Source: a virus
Lineage: Duplodnaviria > Caudoviricetes
Reading direction: 5' to 3' (one strand)
Length of the DNA: 64,000 bases
IMG/VR virus record: IMGVR_UViG_3300033075_001196
Coordinates: 1 to 64,000 of that record
The translations under genes and the position numbers were made by a program. The notes below the pieces were generated by a model. The model saw nothing but the letters and a program-made list of their open reading frames with translations, searched no databases and was not told where the DNA came from. How positions within the stretch are numbered: the stretch's first letter is position 1; the number at the start of each line of letters is the position of its first letter. Positions 20,123 to 29,368 of the stretch are shown piece by piece.

Positions 20123-20377
20123 ATTTGTTCCTTATCGGCGACAGATTTAAAATCGTACTATGTTTTTTATATTTTTTCTTATGATAAATTTGGTTATATG
20201 AAATAAAGGCAATATCTTTATGTGGGAAATCAAAGTGCAGCGCAGCTGTTGTTATATGGTACATGTAATAAAAATTTTTTATAAATTTAAAAAAAGGCTT
20301 ACTGAACTAGACTGCTCTCCATTACTAGATTCCTCCTTTCTTAAAATATATGTTAATGAATAATAAACATTTTACTT

Positions 20378-20710
20378 ATGAATCATAATATTAATTCACT
20401 TATTGAGTTGCGTGACAAATATATTAAAGCATTGGAATTAAAGAATCGGGACTATTGTATTATTAATAATTTGCAATTTGGATTATGCAAATGTATTAAT
20501 CATTTACCAATATCAGCGGGATTAATGGATGATGTACAATACCTATTATATAACTGGGCAACAGACACTGGATTGAAGAAATATAATACTGCTTATTTTT
20601 GGCCTACCCCATGGGAATGTGATTTTGAAGATATCATTAGCGACGCAATTACCCCGAGAATAAATTGTCTTAAAGAACTAATTAAAATAGTAAGTGATGG
20701 AACAGAATAA
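20378..20710 (+). CDS. GLC-family paralog 3
   Basis: FGLC...YFWP...PRINCL. Confidence 0.7.
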   Translation: MNHNINSLIELRDKYIKALELKNRDYCIINNLQFGLCKCINHLPISAGLMDDVQYLLYNWATDTGLKKYNTAYFWPTPWECDFEDIISDAITPRINCLKELIKIVSDGTE

Positions 20711-21071
20711 TGATTTATTAGAAACACTAAAAAATCTTCGGGATCAGTATATAGAAGCTACTAAAATTTTTCATGAAGATCAATTAACCTTTTGCAAATT
20801 ACGCCAGTTGCAAGAGGGATTGTGTCTTCCATTATTAGAACCACTTTCAAAATATACTGATGATTATTATGAGATGGCAACTCTTATACACACTTGTGCT
20901 AAAGAATTAACACCGGGTGGTAAATTTAATCTTTTATATTATTGGCCTGCTTTGTGTCATGTTACATCAATTGATTATAATCGTCTTTGTTTACTACCCA
21001 GAATTGAATGTCTTAATTTAATGATTGAAAGCCTATCTGATGATACTGAATATTTAAATATTATAAAATAA
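20694..21071 (+). CDS. GLC-family paralog 4
   Basis: EGLC...YYWP...PRIECL. Confidence 0.7.
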   Translation: MMEQNNDLLETLKNLRDQYIEATKIFHEDQLTFCKLRQLQEGLCLPLLEPLSKYTDDYYEMATLIHTCAKELTPGGKFNLLYYWPALCHVTSIDYNRLCLLPRIECLNLMIESLSDDTEYLNIIK

Positions 21072-21076
21072 AGTAT

Positions 21077-21499
21077 ATGAATAAATTATCATTCCTAATT
21101 AAAAGAATCCTTCGTGGAGCTCCACCTATACCACCATCAGATGTGGTTTTGGAAGAGAGCATAAAATTATCTTCTGATGTTTACAAAATATTGCAGTCAT
21201 ATGCTTCCGGAGAAAGAGAGCCTGGAACCATTGGACTTTGTTTGTTAATTAGCGATAATGTGTCAGCATCAAAGGAAACTAAACAGTATTTATCACTTCT
21301 ATTAAAATGGCATCGCCCAATTGGAGTCATATTTAAAGAATGTTGGCCTTATTATTTTCCTTTATTGGAATACACACTAGATTGGAATCCAAGTCGGGTA
21401 GTAATAACTAATACACTTGAATCAATACATCCTAGAGTTAAACTCATACAAGAAATTTCACACTATTTAACAGAATTTGAAAAGAGTATCAATGAATAA
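21077..21499 (+). CDS. GLC-family paralog 5
   Basis: IGLC...YYFP...PRVKLI. Confidence 0.7.
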   Translation: MNKLSFLIKRILRGAPPIPPSDVVLEESIKLSSDVYKILQSYASGEREPGTIGLCLLISDNVSASKETKQYLSLLLKWHRPIGVIFKECWPYYFPLLEYTLDWNPSRVVITNTLESIHPRVKLIQEISHYLTEFEKSINE

Positions 21500-21886
21500 A
21501 GCATCTTATTTAATTAGAAGAGTCATTCGGGGACCAATACCCTGCCCATCCGATTATTGTTGTAATTGGAATGATATGAAACCTATTGAACGATTGCAAG
21601 TTAGTGGTAATGCATCAACTGAAGCTGAAAGAGTATTGAATGTGTTAACTGCTTTGGGCAATGGTGGAACAAGTTTTTCAAGCCTGGTGGGTTATGCCAC
21701 ATGATTAATGATTATTATTTATTAGCATTGCTAAAATGGTTTGCTCCTTTATTTCATGAACCATATTACTTTTCACATATACGTTGGAATTATGCTCACC
21801 ATACAGTTGGAAATGTAAAGGAAAGTATTGTTCCCCGAATTAAATTAATGAATGAGATTATAAACTATTTAAAATTTGGTATATAA
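21492..21886 (+). pseudogene. GLC-family paralog 6, split by a -1 frameshift
   Basis: MNKASYLIRRVIRG matches paralog 5; KPGGLCHM..LLKW..PRIKL is in the -1 frame. Confidence 0.65.
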
Positions 21887-22435
21887 ATGGAAGTTAAAGA
21901 TTGGATAAAATCCCATATCAAAATAGATAGATATCCCGTTCCTGGTGAATTTGAATTCAATAAATGTCATCACGACATTAATGTTATTGTTAATGTCTCT
22001 GATGAATTTTATCTAAATACAACAGGTGCACAGGCCTCGAAATTTTCATATTATTTTCCAATGAGTGAGATGAATGATAATATTGGGCTACATTCAATGT
22101 TTGGTGCATTGCATGTACTTCATACTATTTGCACCCAACAACCCGAACTTAAAGTATTATTGCATTGCCACTCTGGAGTTAATAGAAGTCCAACTATTTA
22201 TGCTGCATTTTACTATATGATGACTGGAGAACATTCTACTAGTTCATTTAAAGGTGGAAAGGAATATTTTACAAATAAATTAAAGATTAATTGTGAAGAT
22301 GGACATCTACCTAAATTAGAATTAATGGAATTGTGGCTGCAAAAATGTAAATTTGCATTTGATAATCAAGATAGATTTATTGGAGGAATGTTAGATTGGA
22401 CACTAAAAAAATCGGGGTTGAGTCCTAAGATCTAA
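21887..22435 (+). CDS. Dual-specificity/PTP-like phosphatase
   Basis: HCHSGVNRS matches HCxxGxxRS. Confidence 0.85.
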   Translation: MEVKDWIKSHIKIDRYPVPGEFEFNKCHHDINVIVNVSDEFYLNTTGAQASKFSYYFPMSEMNDNIGLHSMFGALHVLHTICTQQPELKVLLHCHSGVNRSPTIYAAFYYMMTGEHSTSSFKGGKEYFTNKLKINCEDGHLPKLELMELWLQKCKFAFDNQDRFIGGMLDWTLKKSGLSPKI

Positions 22436-23258
22436 ATGATCACCAAATAATGGAAGTGTTGGATTAGAAATTATCTCTTCTATTGGATGTGTATATACAA
22501 ATGTATGTTTTAAATTTATCCCATACACATAAAACATTAATAATTTCGTCCCATCTCTTAATTTAGAATATCCCAAACTTCCAAATCCTTCACAATATTG
22601 GGATTTATATTGATTGGGATCCATATGATTGAATAGATCCTCAAATGAAAATGCAGGAACTATAGATGTATTTCCAATCATTTCTAAATATTCTTTACTA
22701 TAACCCATTTTCCTTAGTTCTGTCGTTAGTTAATTTTCGTTGATATATTATATAAGGTTTGATTAGATCTCTTGTCCTACATTAAGAGATTAAGCCAAAT
22801 GATAATTTATACTAATATACAAATAGCAATGAATGCTATTATAGCCAGGCACCATAATAACCAACTTCCTACAGACATTATTTCATCTTCATATCCATAT
22901 TGAAGTTGTAATTGGTGCATTTCTTCAACACAATCAAGTAATTGTTTTTTGATCTTCAATAACTTAATATATTTTGGTGTTTCTATAAACACTCCATCAT
23001 TCGATTCATGAAGTTTTATTTCTTCCTGGATATCGCGATCTAATTCGTCTATTACATTTTGTGTTTTATCTAATAATCCAAACATAAATTAAAATTTTAG
23101 TTTTTCAAATAATATTATGCTCCAATATACTATGAATATTATCAATACAGGAATTAATATAAAGAACATCATGAAAAATACAGTAATATTTGATTCCCAA
23201 ATACCACTAGCATTTGATTTATGTTTCCAAATTGGGTATTGAATCCAAATGGTTACAC

Positions 23259-23493
23259 CTAAAGTAATTGCAATGTATATAATCCACCAAACCATACTTT
23301 TTCTATTTTATGTCTGTATTGAATAAATCCTTTATAATTTCTACACCACCCTTTATTTTCATTCCTAAATCCTTTTAACAACTCTCTGAGAGTTGCTTGG
23401 CCTTTAACATGCATTTCATATTCCACATGATCCATTGCTTGAGCACAATGTTCAAAGGGACTGGCATGAAAGGGAACTTGAACATTTCTGCAA
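23259..23493 (-). pseudogene. C-terminal remnant of phage ThyX/Thy1-like gene
   Basis: HASPFEHCA...CRNYKGFIQYR; N-terminus replaced by the cassette island. Confidence 0.6.
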
Positions 23494-23527
23494 GGCAAAC
23501 CTGCTCATATACCCACCGTTATGTGCC
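23494..23527 (+). repeat. attC-like right half-site
   Basis: GCAAACCTGCTCATATACCC identical to 26751-26770, then GTTATGT. Confidence 0.7.
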
Positions 23528-23530
23528 ATT

Positions 23531-23770
23531 TTACAGATACCACCTAAAATTTATGAAACATACACTTATCCATAATCTTCTGTCTTGTGGCTGCCAAAAC
23601 ACACCGAATAAACTTCTATCAGTTTCCATATTATCAAACGTGAGCAACGCTATTCCTATGCTCATATACTTGTTCAGCCACAAGTCAAACAAGTGAATTT
23701 GGTAATCAAAACGGCACATAACACAGTATTTGCGTAATGCCTTTAGTCTTTCAATTAAACTTTTCTGCAT
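23531..23770 (-). CDS. Cassette hypothetical protein starting inside attC-like loop
   Basis: MQKSLIERLKALRKYCVMCR is encoded by the hairpin. Confidence 0.6.
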   Translation of the reverse strand: MQKSLIERLKALRKYCVMCRFDYQIHLFDLWLNKYMSIGIALLTFDNMETDRSLFGVFWQPQDRRLWISVCFINFRWYL

Positions 23771-23836
23771 ATTATTAAATTTAGTTTTTCAATTAATCAT
23801 TCGTTAGGCACTACGCAAATACTCGTAACGTTATGC
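23716..23836 (+). repeat. attC-like hairpin
   Basis: ACATAAC-ac-AGTATTTGCGTAATGCCT ... AGGCACTACGCAAATACT-cgtaac-GTTATGC. Confidence 0.75.
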
Positions 23837-23842
23837 ACAAGT

Positions 23843-24901
23843 TTAAGAAAACAGCGTCTGTTCATTTATTCGCTGTTCTGCTATTTTGAAATATTGCTCG
23901 TCTTTCTCAATACCGATAAAAGAACGGTTTGTATTTTTACAGGCTACTCCAGTTGAACCACTCCCCATAGTCAAATCAACTACTAAATCATTTTCGTTGC
24001 TAAATGTCTTTATCAAATCTTCGAGCAATAAAATAGGCTTTTGTGTTGGATGATAATTATCTCTATCTCGTTTGTATTCAAAAACATTATCTTTATATTT
24101 TCCACCTTGCCAAAGGTTAAATGTGCTTCCATACAATTCGGTTTGTTCTTGTAAATGTTGTTGTTGGTATTCATCAAATATTTTTACAATTTCGTCCTCC
24201 GTTTTATCAAAATTGAAAAATTCATTTAATACCTTGTAATGCTTTTCAGTTATCTTTTGTATTTGCACATAGTTCCAGTCAAGTTTATGTTGGCAAATAA
24301 CTTTTGCACTTTGTATGTTTTTAGCTATACCGCTTTTCAAATACGCTTCATGTAGTCGGTTATCATTCCAAAATATTCCAACTCTTTCTTGTGTGTCTTT
24401 TAGCCACTTTCTTATTGGGTGTTTTAATTCTAAATCGTGCTTTGGGTTCATTTTACTAAATATCAAAATATCCTCTGTTCTATAAAGTAAAGCACTTTTT
24501 GAACGCATAAAACTGCCAAGTGTATCTTTTAGCCATATAGCTCTATAATTGAAAGGTAAGTTTGGTATTGCTTTATTTATCAATTCCCTTGTAAATGGTT
24601 CTTGTGCAAAAAGTATCATTTTTCCATTTTTACGGAGTATTCTATTTGCAACTTCCATTATTTTATCAGTATCTATAATGCTATCCCATTCGTGTTTTTC
24701 TTGTCCATTGTGGTATATACCTGTTTTACTTTGCCCTTCCATTGTTCCGTAAGGCAAATCAGTAAGTATCAAATCAACTGAACCGCTTTTAATGTGTTCA
24801 TGTTGCTCCAAACAATCACCTAAAAAAACCTGTGCATAACAATCGCTATAAGTAATGGCGGGTGTAGTGCTATTTTGTGAGTTTGTGCTTTCTATTGTCA
24901 T
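23843..24901 (-). CDS. Site-specific N6A/N4C DNA methyltransferase (beta class)
   Basis: DLILTDLPY, HPTQKP, DLTMGSGSTG; likely start MTIEST within the attC-like loop. Confidence 0.9.
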   Translation of the reverse strand: MTIESTNSQNSTTPAITYSDCYAQVFLGDCLEQHEHIKSGSVDLILTDLPYGTMEGQSKTGIYHNGQEKHEWDSIIDTDKIMEVANRILRKNGKMILFAQEPFTRELINKAIPNLPFNYRAIWLKDTLGSFMRSKSALLYRTEDILIFSKMNPKHDLELKHPIRKWLKDTQERVGIFWNDNRLHEAYLKSGIAKNIQSAKVICQHKLDWNYVQIQKITEKHYKVLNEFFNFDKTEDEIVKIFDEYQQQHLQEQTELYGSTFNLWQGGKYKDNVFEYKRDRDNYHPTQKPILLLEDLIKTFSNENDLVVDLTMGSGSTGVACKNTNRSFIGIEKDEQYFKIAEQRINEQTLFS

Positions 24902-24962
24902 TTTTGCTAAATTTAAAGTGAGTAGTTCAAAACCGCCACTACTCATAGCGGAACCGTTATGT
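24834..24962 (+). repeat. attC-like hairpin
   Basis: GCATAAC-aat-CGCTATAAGTAATGGCGG ... CCGCCACTACTCATAGCG-gaacc-GTTATGT. Confidence 0.75.
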
Positions 24963-24967
24963 GCCAT

Positions 24968-25510
24968 TTAAAGAGCGACACTACTCTCAACTTCATTGCC
25001 CCAAGCATCCCAATTTTCTACTTTTTCTCGAGCAAATAATTCTATCTTGCTTCTATTCCCTAAAAGGTTCACAATCCTTTCTCTTACTTCGTTTGGTTTT
25101 CTGCTGTGTATTGTTCTTTCTGCTTGTACAAGTTGCTTTATGCTCTTATCAATTCTCCAACTATTTGGCTTTCCTTTTACTCCAAGTATGCAAAGTTCAA
25201 CATTCCCCATAGTCCACCGCCCAAGGTTGCTAACCAATTTCCCTTTATTTGTGTACTTACTCCAAACAAAAGCAACTGTTTTGTACTTAAAGCCCCAATC
25301 TTCTAAAACCTTTATACCTTCATCAAGTAAAGGGCTTGTTACCCACAAAAACAAACAGCAATCTTTATTGGCTATTTCTTTTACTGGCAATTGGCTTATC
25401 CATTGCTTACTTTGGGTTTCGTACTCGTGGTCTAAACTAAAACTGTGTCCAGCCATTTTATCGTTATAGCTCCACGGTGGGTCTGCATAAATTACATCGT
25501 ATTTCTTCAT
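24968..25510 (-). CDS. MT-A70 family adenine methyltransferase
   Basis: VIYADPPW, LFLWVT, WGFKY, HSRKP, IELFARE, WDAWGNE. Confidence 0.92.
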   Translation of the reverse strand: MKKYDVIYADPPWSYNDKMAGHSFSLDHEYETQSKQWISQLPVKEIANKDCCLFLWVTSPLLDEGIKVLEDWGFKYKTVAFVWSKYTNKGKLVSNLGRWTMGNVELCILGVKGKPNSWRIDKSIKQLVQAERTIHSRKPNEVRERIVNLLGNRSKIELFAREKVENWDAWGNEVESSVAL

Positions 25511-25590
25511 AATTAAAATTTTAAAATTCCCTCCCTAAAAAAATAAAAATGGGAGCATTAGTTCATTTATTAAACATTGTCGGTTATTGT

Positions 25591-25622
25591 CGCAACTATT
25601 CATACCACTATTCGTTATGACC
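25591..25622 (+). repeat. Degenerate attC-like right half-site
   Basis: CATACCACTATTCGTTATGACC at the cassette boundary; no left arm found. Confidence 0.4.
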
Positions 25623-25644
25623 AATACTACATTATACGTTCTAA

Positions 25645-26589
25645 TTAAGATTTTGTTTCAAAACTTTTTAAAAATCCCACGTTTTTTTGATTAATCCATT
25701 TATTATAGTCAATTTTATGAATTTTCTTTATAAATTCTTTTGGTATTTGCTTCATCAATGCAAACCAAGTTGAATTATCTTTCATTTTTTGACCTTTCCA
25801 CAAATATGGATAACCATCCCATCTGTCTATTTTATTATTTGGAATTTCAAATTCAATCACATATACATCACCATTGTCGTTGTCTGGATGTGCGTGGAAT
25901 AAAGCACTTTCAAAATCAGTTGATACCATATACCACCCTTGATTATAACCAGATTTATCAATTAACCCATTATTTTTAATATCATTAACAAATTTAGGTT
26001 TTGTTCCATGATAAACTTTTATAATATTATTTTTTGATTCATTAATTAAATGATTTGTTTTATATAAATTAAAAATATATCTATGAAACTCATCATAACC
26101 CATATTTGGTGCTATTATCTTTATTGGATTAACTTTTATTTCTAAATTAACATTAAGCGGTTTATTTAAAATTTTAGCTGCCATATATCTATGATGTCCA
26201 TCTTCAATATAAAAACCCCTTTTATGTTTAGTATCTTCCCAATATGAAACATCAATTGGTTCTGATAAATTCACATTAGAAGCCCACTGTTTTGGTGATA
26301 ACCCACTTTTATTAATTTCCCATTTAACATTTTCTAAATCATCTTTCCATTTTATTTTTAATTGGTTTGGAATAAGTGTTTTAATATCTTCTTCAGAAAA
26401 TCCGTGTGCTAATCTATCTAAAGTTTCAATAGATATTCCACCATTTCTTAATAGTTCCTCACTTGTTTTAAATTTAGATAACTCACTCTTCAAATCATCA
26501 ATATATTCATACTTTATTTTTAATTCATTATTTACATTTTCATTCAGATATTCTCTGATGATTGTTTTTATAATTTTTCTTAATTCCAT
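25645..26589 (-). CDS. ParB/Srx-like domain fused to ADP-ribosyltransferase-like domain
   Basis: IEDGHHR; KVYHGT..GL..GWYMVST..A..YVIEF; likely start MELRKIIKTIIREYLNE. Confidence 0.65.
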   Translation of the reverse strand: MELRKIIKTIIREYLNENVNNELKIKYEYIDDLKSELSKFKTSEELLRNGGISIETLDRLAHGFSEEDIKTLIPNQLKIKWKDDLENVKWEINKSGLSPKQWASNVNLSEPIDVSYWEDTKHKRGFYIEDGHHRYMAAKILNKPLNVNLEIKVNPIKIIAPNMGYDEFHRYIFNLYKTNHLINESKNNIIKVYHGTKPKFVNDIKNNGLIDKSGYNQGWYMVSTDFESALFHAHPDNDNGDVYVIEFEIPNNKIDRWDGYPYLWKGQKMKDNSTWFALMKQIPKEFIKKIHKIDYNKWINQKNVGFLKSFETKS

Positions 26590-26687
26590 AATATTAAATA
26601 CTTTTATTCTATATATATATATTATAATTTTTAAAAAGTTTTGTTCAGTGGTTCTAATGAAGTTTTGTGATAAATAAACCGTACTGG

Positions 26688-26781
26688 CTATAACAAGGTG
26701 TATAAGAAAGTTTGCTATCAAGTTTAGTGCTAATTTGAAAGTTCGTCAAAGCAAACCTGCTCATATACCCAACCGTTATAT
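26688..26781 (+). repeat. attC-like hairpin
   Basis: CTATAAC-aa-GGTGTATAAGAAAGTTTGCT ... AGCAAACCTGCTCATATACC-caacc-GTTATAT. Confidence 0.75.
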
Positions 26782-26801
26782 GCAAGACTAAGTTTGTGCA
26801 T

Positions 26802-27641
26802 TTAATCAGCTTTATGCGTATCATCCGTAAAAGAAAAAAGCCCACGCTCTTTTGCTTTTTCAAAGCAATTAGGGTTAATGTCGCAACCAATAAAGTTTCG
26901 TTTCAAGTCCTTACATACTTCAGCAGTTGTAAAACTTCCCGAATAAAAGTCTGCAACTAAATCGCCTTCATTGCTACTTGCTTTTATTATTCGTTCAATC
27001 AATGCTTTTGGTTTTTGGGTATCGTAACCTAATCTTTCTTTTGCTGTTGGTTGTATATGTTGCATTTCCCAAACATCGTGTAATGGTACACCCTTATTTT
27101 CAGTTTCACGTTTTTTATAACTTCCATCTTCATTTTTCAACCTTACTAATTTACCATCAATCACGCCCCTGATTGTATCTTCAATTTCATTTGGCTTTGC
27201 GTAATCCTGATATTGAATATTAAATTTTGATTTATCTTTTGAATAGAATAATATTACATCGTGCATTTTTTGAAAACCAAATGAAATATTTGACCATCTT
27301 TTATACCACCAACTTATTTCGTTTCTAAATTTATCATACCCAAAAACATCATCCATTATACACCGCATCCAATGGTTTATTCGTGTGTCCATCTGCAAAT
27401 AAATACTGCCTGTGTCCTTTAATATTCGGTGCATTTCTTTTATTCGTGGAATGTAGTGGTTTTCAATTTCACTTCTTATCGGTTTTAAATCTTGGTAGTC
27501 TTTAAATTTCCTACCAGTTCCGTAAAGTATATCACAATAAATTAAGTCTATCGTGTTATCTTTAATTTCTGCCATCAATTCTAAATTGTCGCATATTCTA
27601 AGGTCTAAAAACCCCTCCCCATTTTTTTCTTTTACTTTCAT
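26802..27641 (-). CDS. N6A/N4C DNA methyltransferase (beta class) with variant motifs
   Basis: DLIYCDILY, FRNEISW, TQKPKALIERII, DFYSGSFTT. Confidence 0.85.
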   Translation of the reverse strand: MKVKEKNGEGFLDLRICDNLELMAEIKDNTIDLIYCDILYGTGRKFKDYQDLKPIRSEIENHYIPRIKEMHRILKDTGSIYLQMDTRINHWMRCIMDDVFGYDKFRNEISWWYKRWSNISFGFQKMHDVILFYSKDKSKFNIQYQDYAKPNEIEDTIRGVIDGKLVRLKNEDGSYKKRETENKGVPLHDVWEMQHIQPTAKERLGYDTQKPKALIERIIKASSNEGDLVADFYSGSFTTAEVCKDLKRNFIGCDINPNCFEKAKERGLFSFTDDTHKAD

Positions 27642-27664
27642 TCGTTCATTTAATTAAGTTTCTA

Positions 27665-27913
27665 CTAATTTATCCGCCCAGCATATAACACGTTATATAT
27701 GTCAGTTTTGCCAATTATCTTTTGTAAGTTGAATCGGAGTATGCGCGTGGCAAATCCATCATGATTATCATGTATTGTAAAATTTTTCCACATTGAAAAC
27801 CCCATCAACAATTGTTCACCATCAGTATTTCTATAAGCTGTTGGGCAAGGTTCGTCAAATTTTAAATCTTTTAAAGCCAAGGCTTGTTCATAAGGTATAA
27901 AGTCTCTATACAT
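27665..27913 (-). CDS. Resident hypothetical gene fused to attC-like sequence
   Basis: FIPYEQALALKDLKFDEPC start; C-terminus read through the hairpin. Confidence 0.55.
   Translation of the reverse strand: MYRDFIPYEQALALKDLKFDEPCPTAYRNTDGEQLLMGFSMWKNFTIHDNHDGFATRILRFNLQKIIGKTDIYNVLYAGRIN
27683..27754 (+). repeat. attC-like left part, truncated
   Basis: ATATAAC-ac-GTTATATATGTCAGTTTTGCCA ... TGGCAAA, then resident sequence. Confidence 0.55.
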
Positions 27914-28608
27914 TATTTTAAAATTTTAGGTGTAAATCCACCTTGATAACATCCAGGAATTGGAATTAAAGTATCCCCAACATTATCTGGGCAATTTTGG
28001 GTGATAGAATTATACCAAGTTGATTTATATTTTGAATCAATTAATTCATGTTTAACTAAAATATGACAACCACCTCTTGTTTGTATGCATGTAACCGCCT
28101 CATCATTTACACATCCTCTGATATATCCTAATAATCTTCTAATAGGATCATCAAAACTAGATTCAGTAAAATCAAAATCAAAATCAGTATATACTTTTCT
28201 ACCAATAGATTTTTGGATATTACTCATTACATGTTGATGTGGATTATATCCAGTAGCACCGTTTGCAATTAATGTGCTTAAAGTAATTAATGATTTATGA
28301 GCAGCCTTAATAAAATGTCTAGGATTAATGCTGATATACACCGCGAGAGCTTCCTGAGGTACTGGAGTTTCTTTTTGCATATATGATCCAATTGGGCATT
28401 CCAATTGTTTAAGTTTCTGTATTAGATTTTCTTTATTGGTAGTAAATCTTTTTAATTGCGCCTTGTCAGATTTAATGTGAGTTAACGCCTTACAGTATTT
28501 ATTACGAGCAAATAAACATACATAATAACATTCATTCTCCTTTAAATCTGGTAGAATATTATTAACAAAGTATTCTAATTCAGTTTGATCTGTTATTATC
28601 TTATACAT
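27913..28608 (-). CDS. Hypothetical protein, possible AEP/Prim-Pol-like fold
   Basis: DFDFD and TRGGCH; likely start MYKIITD. Confidence 0.5.
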   Translation of the reverse strand: MYKIITDQTELEYFVNNILPDLKENECYYVCLFARNKYCKALTHIKSDKAQLKRFTTNKENLIQKLKQLECPIGSYMQKETPVPQEALAVYISINPRHFIKAAHKSLITLSTLIANGATGYNPHQHVMSNIQKSIGRKVYTDFDFDFTESSFDDPIRRLLGYIRGCVNDEAVTCIQTRGGCHILVKHELIDSKYKSTWYNSITQNCPDNVGDTLIPIPGCYQGGFTPKILK

Positions 28609-28771
28609 TATCTGGATCTGGTGTTCTAAAAAGTAATACCCATTTATCTTTTTGTGGATGTTTACAAAATGAAACAATTTCAAAGTTTCTTTCACTGTAT
28701 TCATCACATACTGTTGGTATATTATAATATTCTACTTCAACTGTTGTATGTATATATTTAGTCATTGTATC

Positions 28772-29155
28772 TTATACATATAATGGTTTACATAAAATTC
28801 TTTTAGGATATTTTCCTCCAAACACAAACAAAGTAACTGGGCATAACCAAATTAATTTTGTCATTATATCCGATATTCCAGATTCAACATTATAAGTTGC
28901 ACCAGATACTAAATTTACTATTGGTATTGATATTTGTCGCTTCAATAATATATAACCATCTTCAACATGATTTATATCCTTGCTAATAGAACATATGTTA
29001 ATACTAATATAAGGTTTACCTTTGCTCAATTCTGATAACAAGGTGTCAGCTCCAGCTACCATCGCTAATGCAGATTTGGATCCGCCTTGTTCTATATATT
29101 TTGGTAAATCAATATACCAATCATTTATGCCTTCTCTATAGAAATGCAGGATCAT
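28772..29155 (-). CDS. DUF6717-like hypothetical protein
   Basis: WYIDLP, MVAGADTLL, WLCPVTLFVF..YP. Confidence 0.6.
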   Translation of the reverse strand: MILHFYREGINDWYIDLPKYIEQGGSKSALAMVAGADTLLSELSKGKPYISINICSISKDINHVEDGYILLKRQISIPIVNLVSGATYNVESGISDIMTKLIWLCPVTLFVFGGKYPKRILCKPLYV

Positions 29156-29368
29156 TTGTTCTTTTTTATTTTTAAAATTAACTCACTAACCTTCATCTTG
29201 GGCTTGTTAATTTTCATTAACCATTCATGAAATTTTAGTTTTCCTTTTTTCTTTTTCGCCATTCTAAATAAATAAGTTTTAAAACAACTATTATTTTATA
29301 TATCGCATTATACACAGCCCAAGCCATGAAGAGTAATATAATAACTGTCAGTATTGGATTAAGCATAT

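Larger units (their letters stand above)
23494..27754. mobile_element. Cassette-like island delimited by attC-like hairpins
   Basis: Three complete and three partial elements separate five genes; both flanking genes look truncated. Confidence 0.7.

Noticed and set aside
26654-26890. 78-aa ORF, and the N-terminal extensions of 25645..26721 and 23843..24967
   Set aside because: Read through attC-like hairpins; better starts lie downstream
23494-27754. Clean insertion with GGCAAA target-site duplication
   Set aside because: Joining the flanks does not restore one reading frame; they belong to different genes
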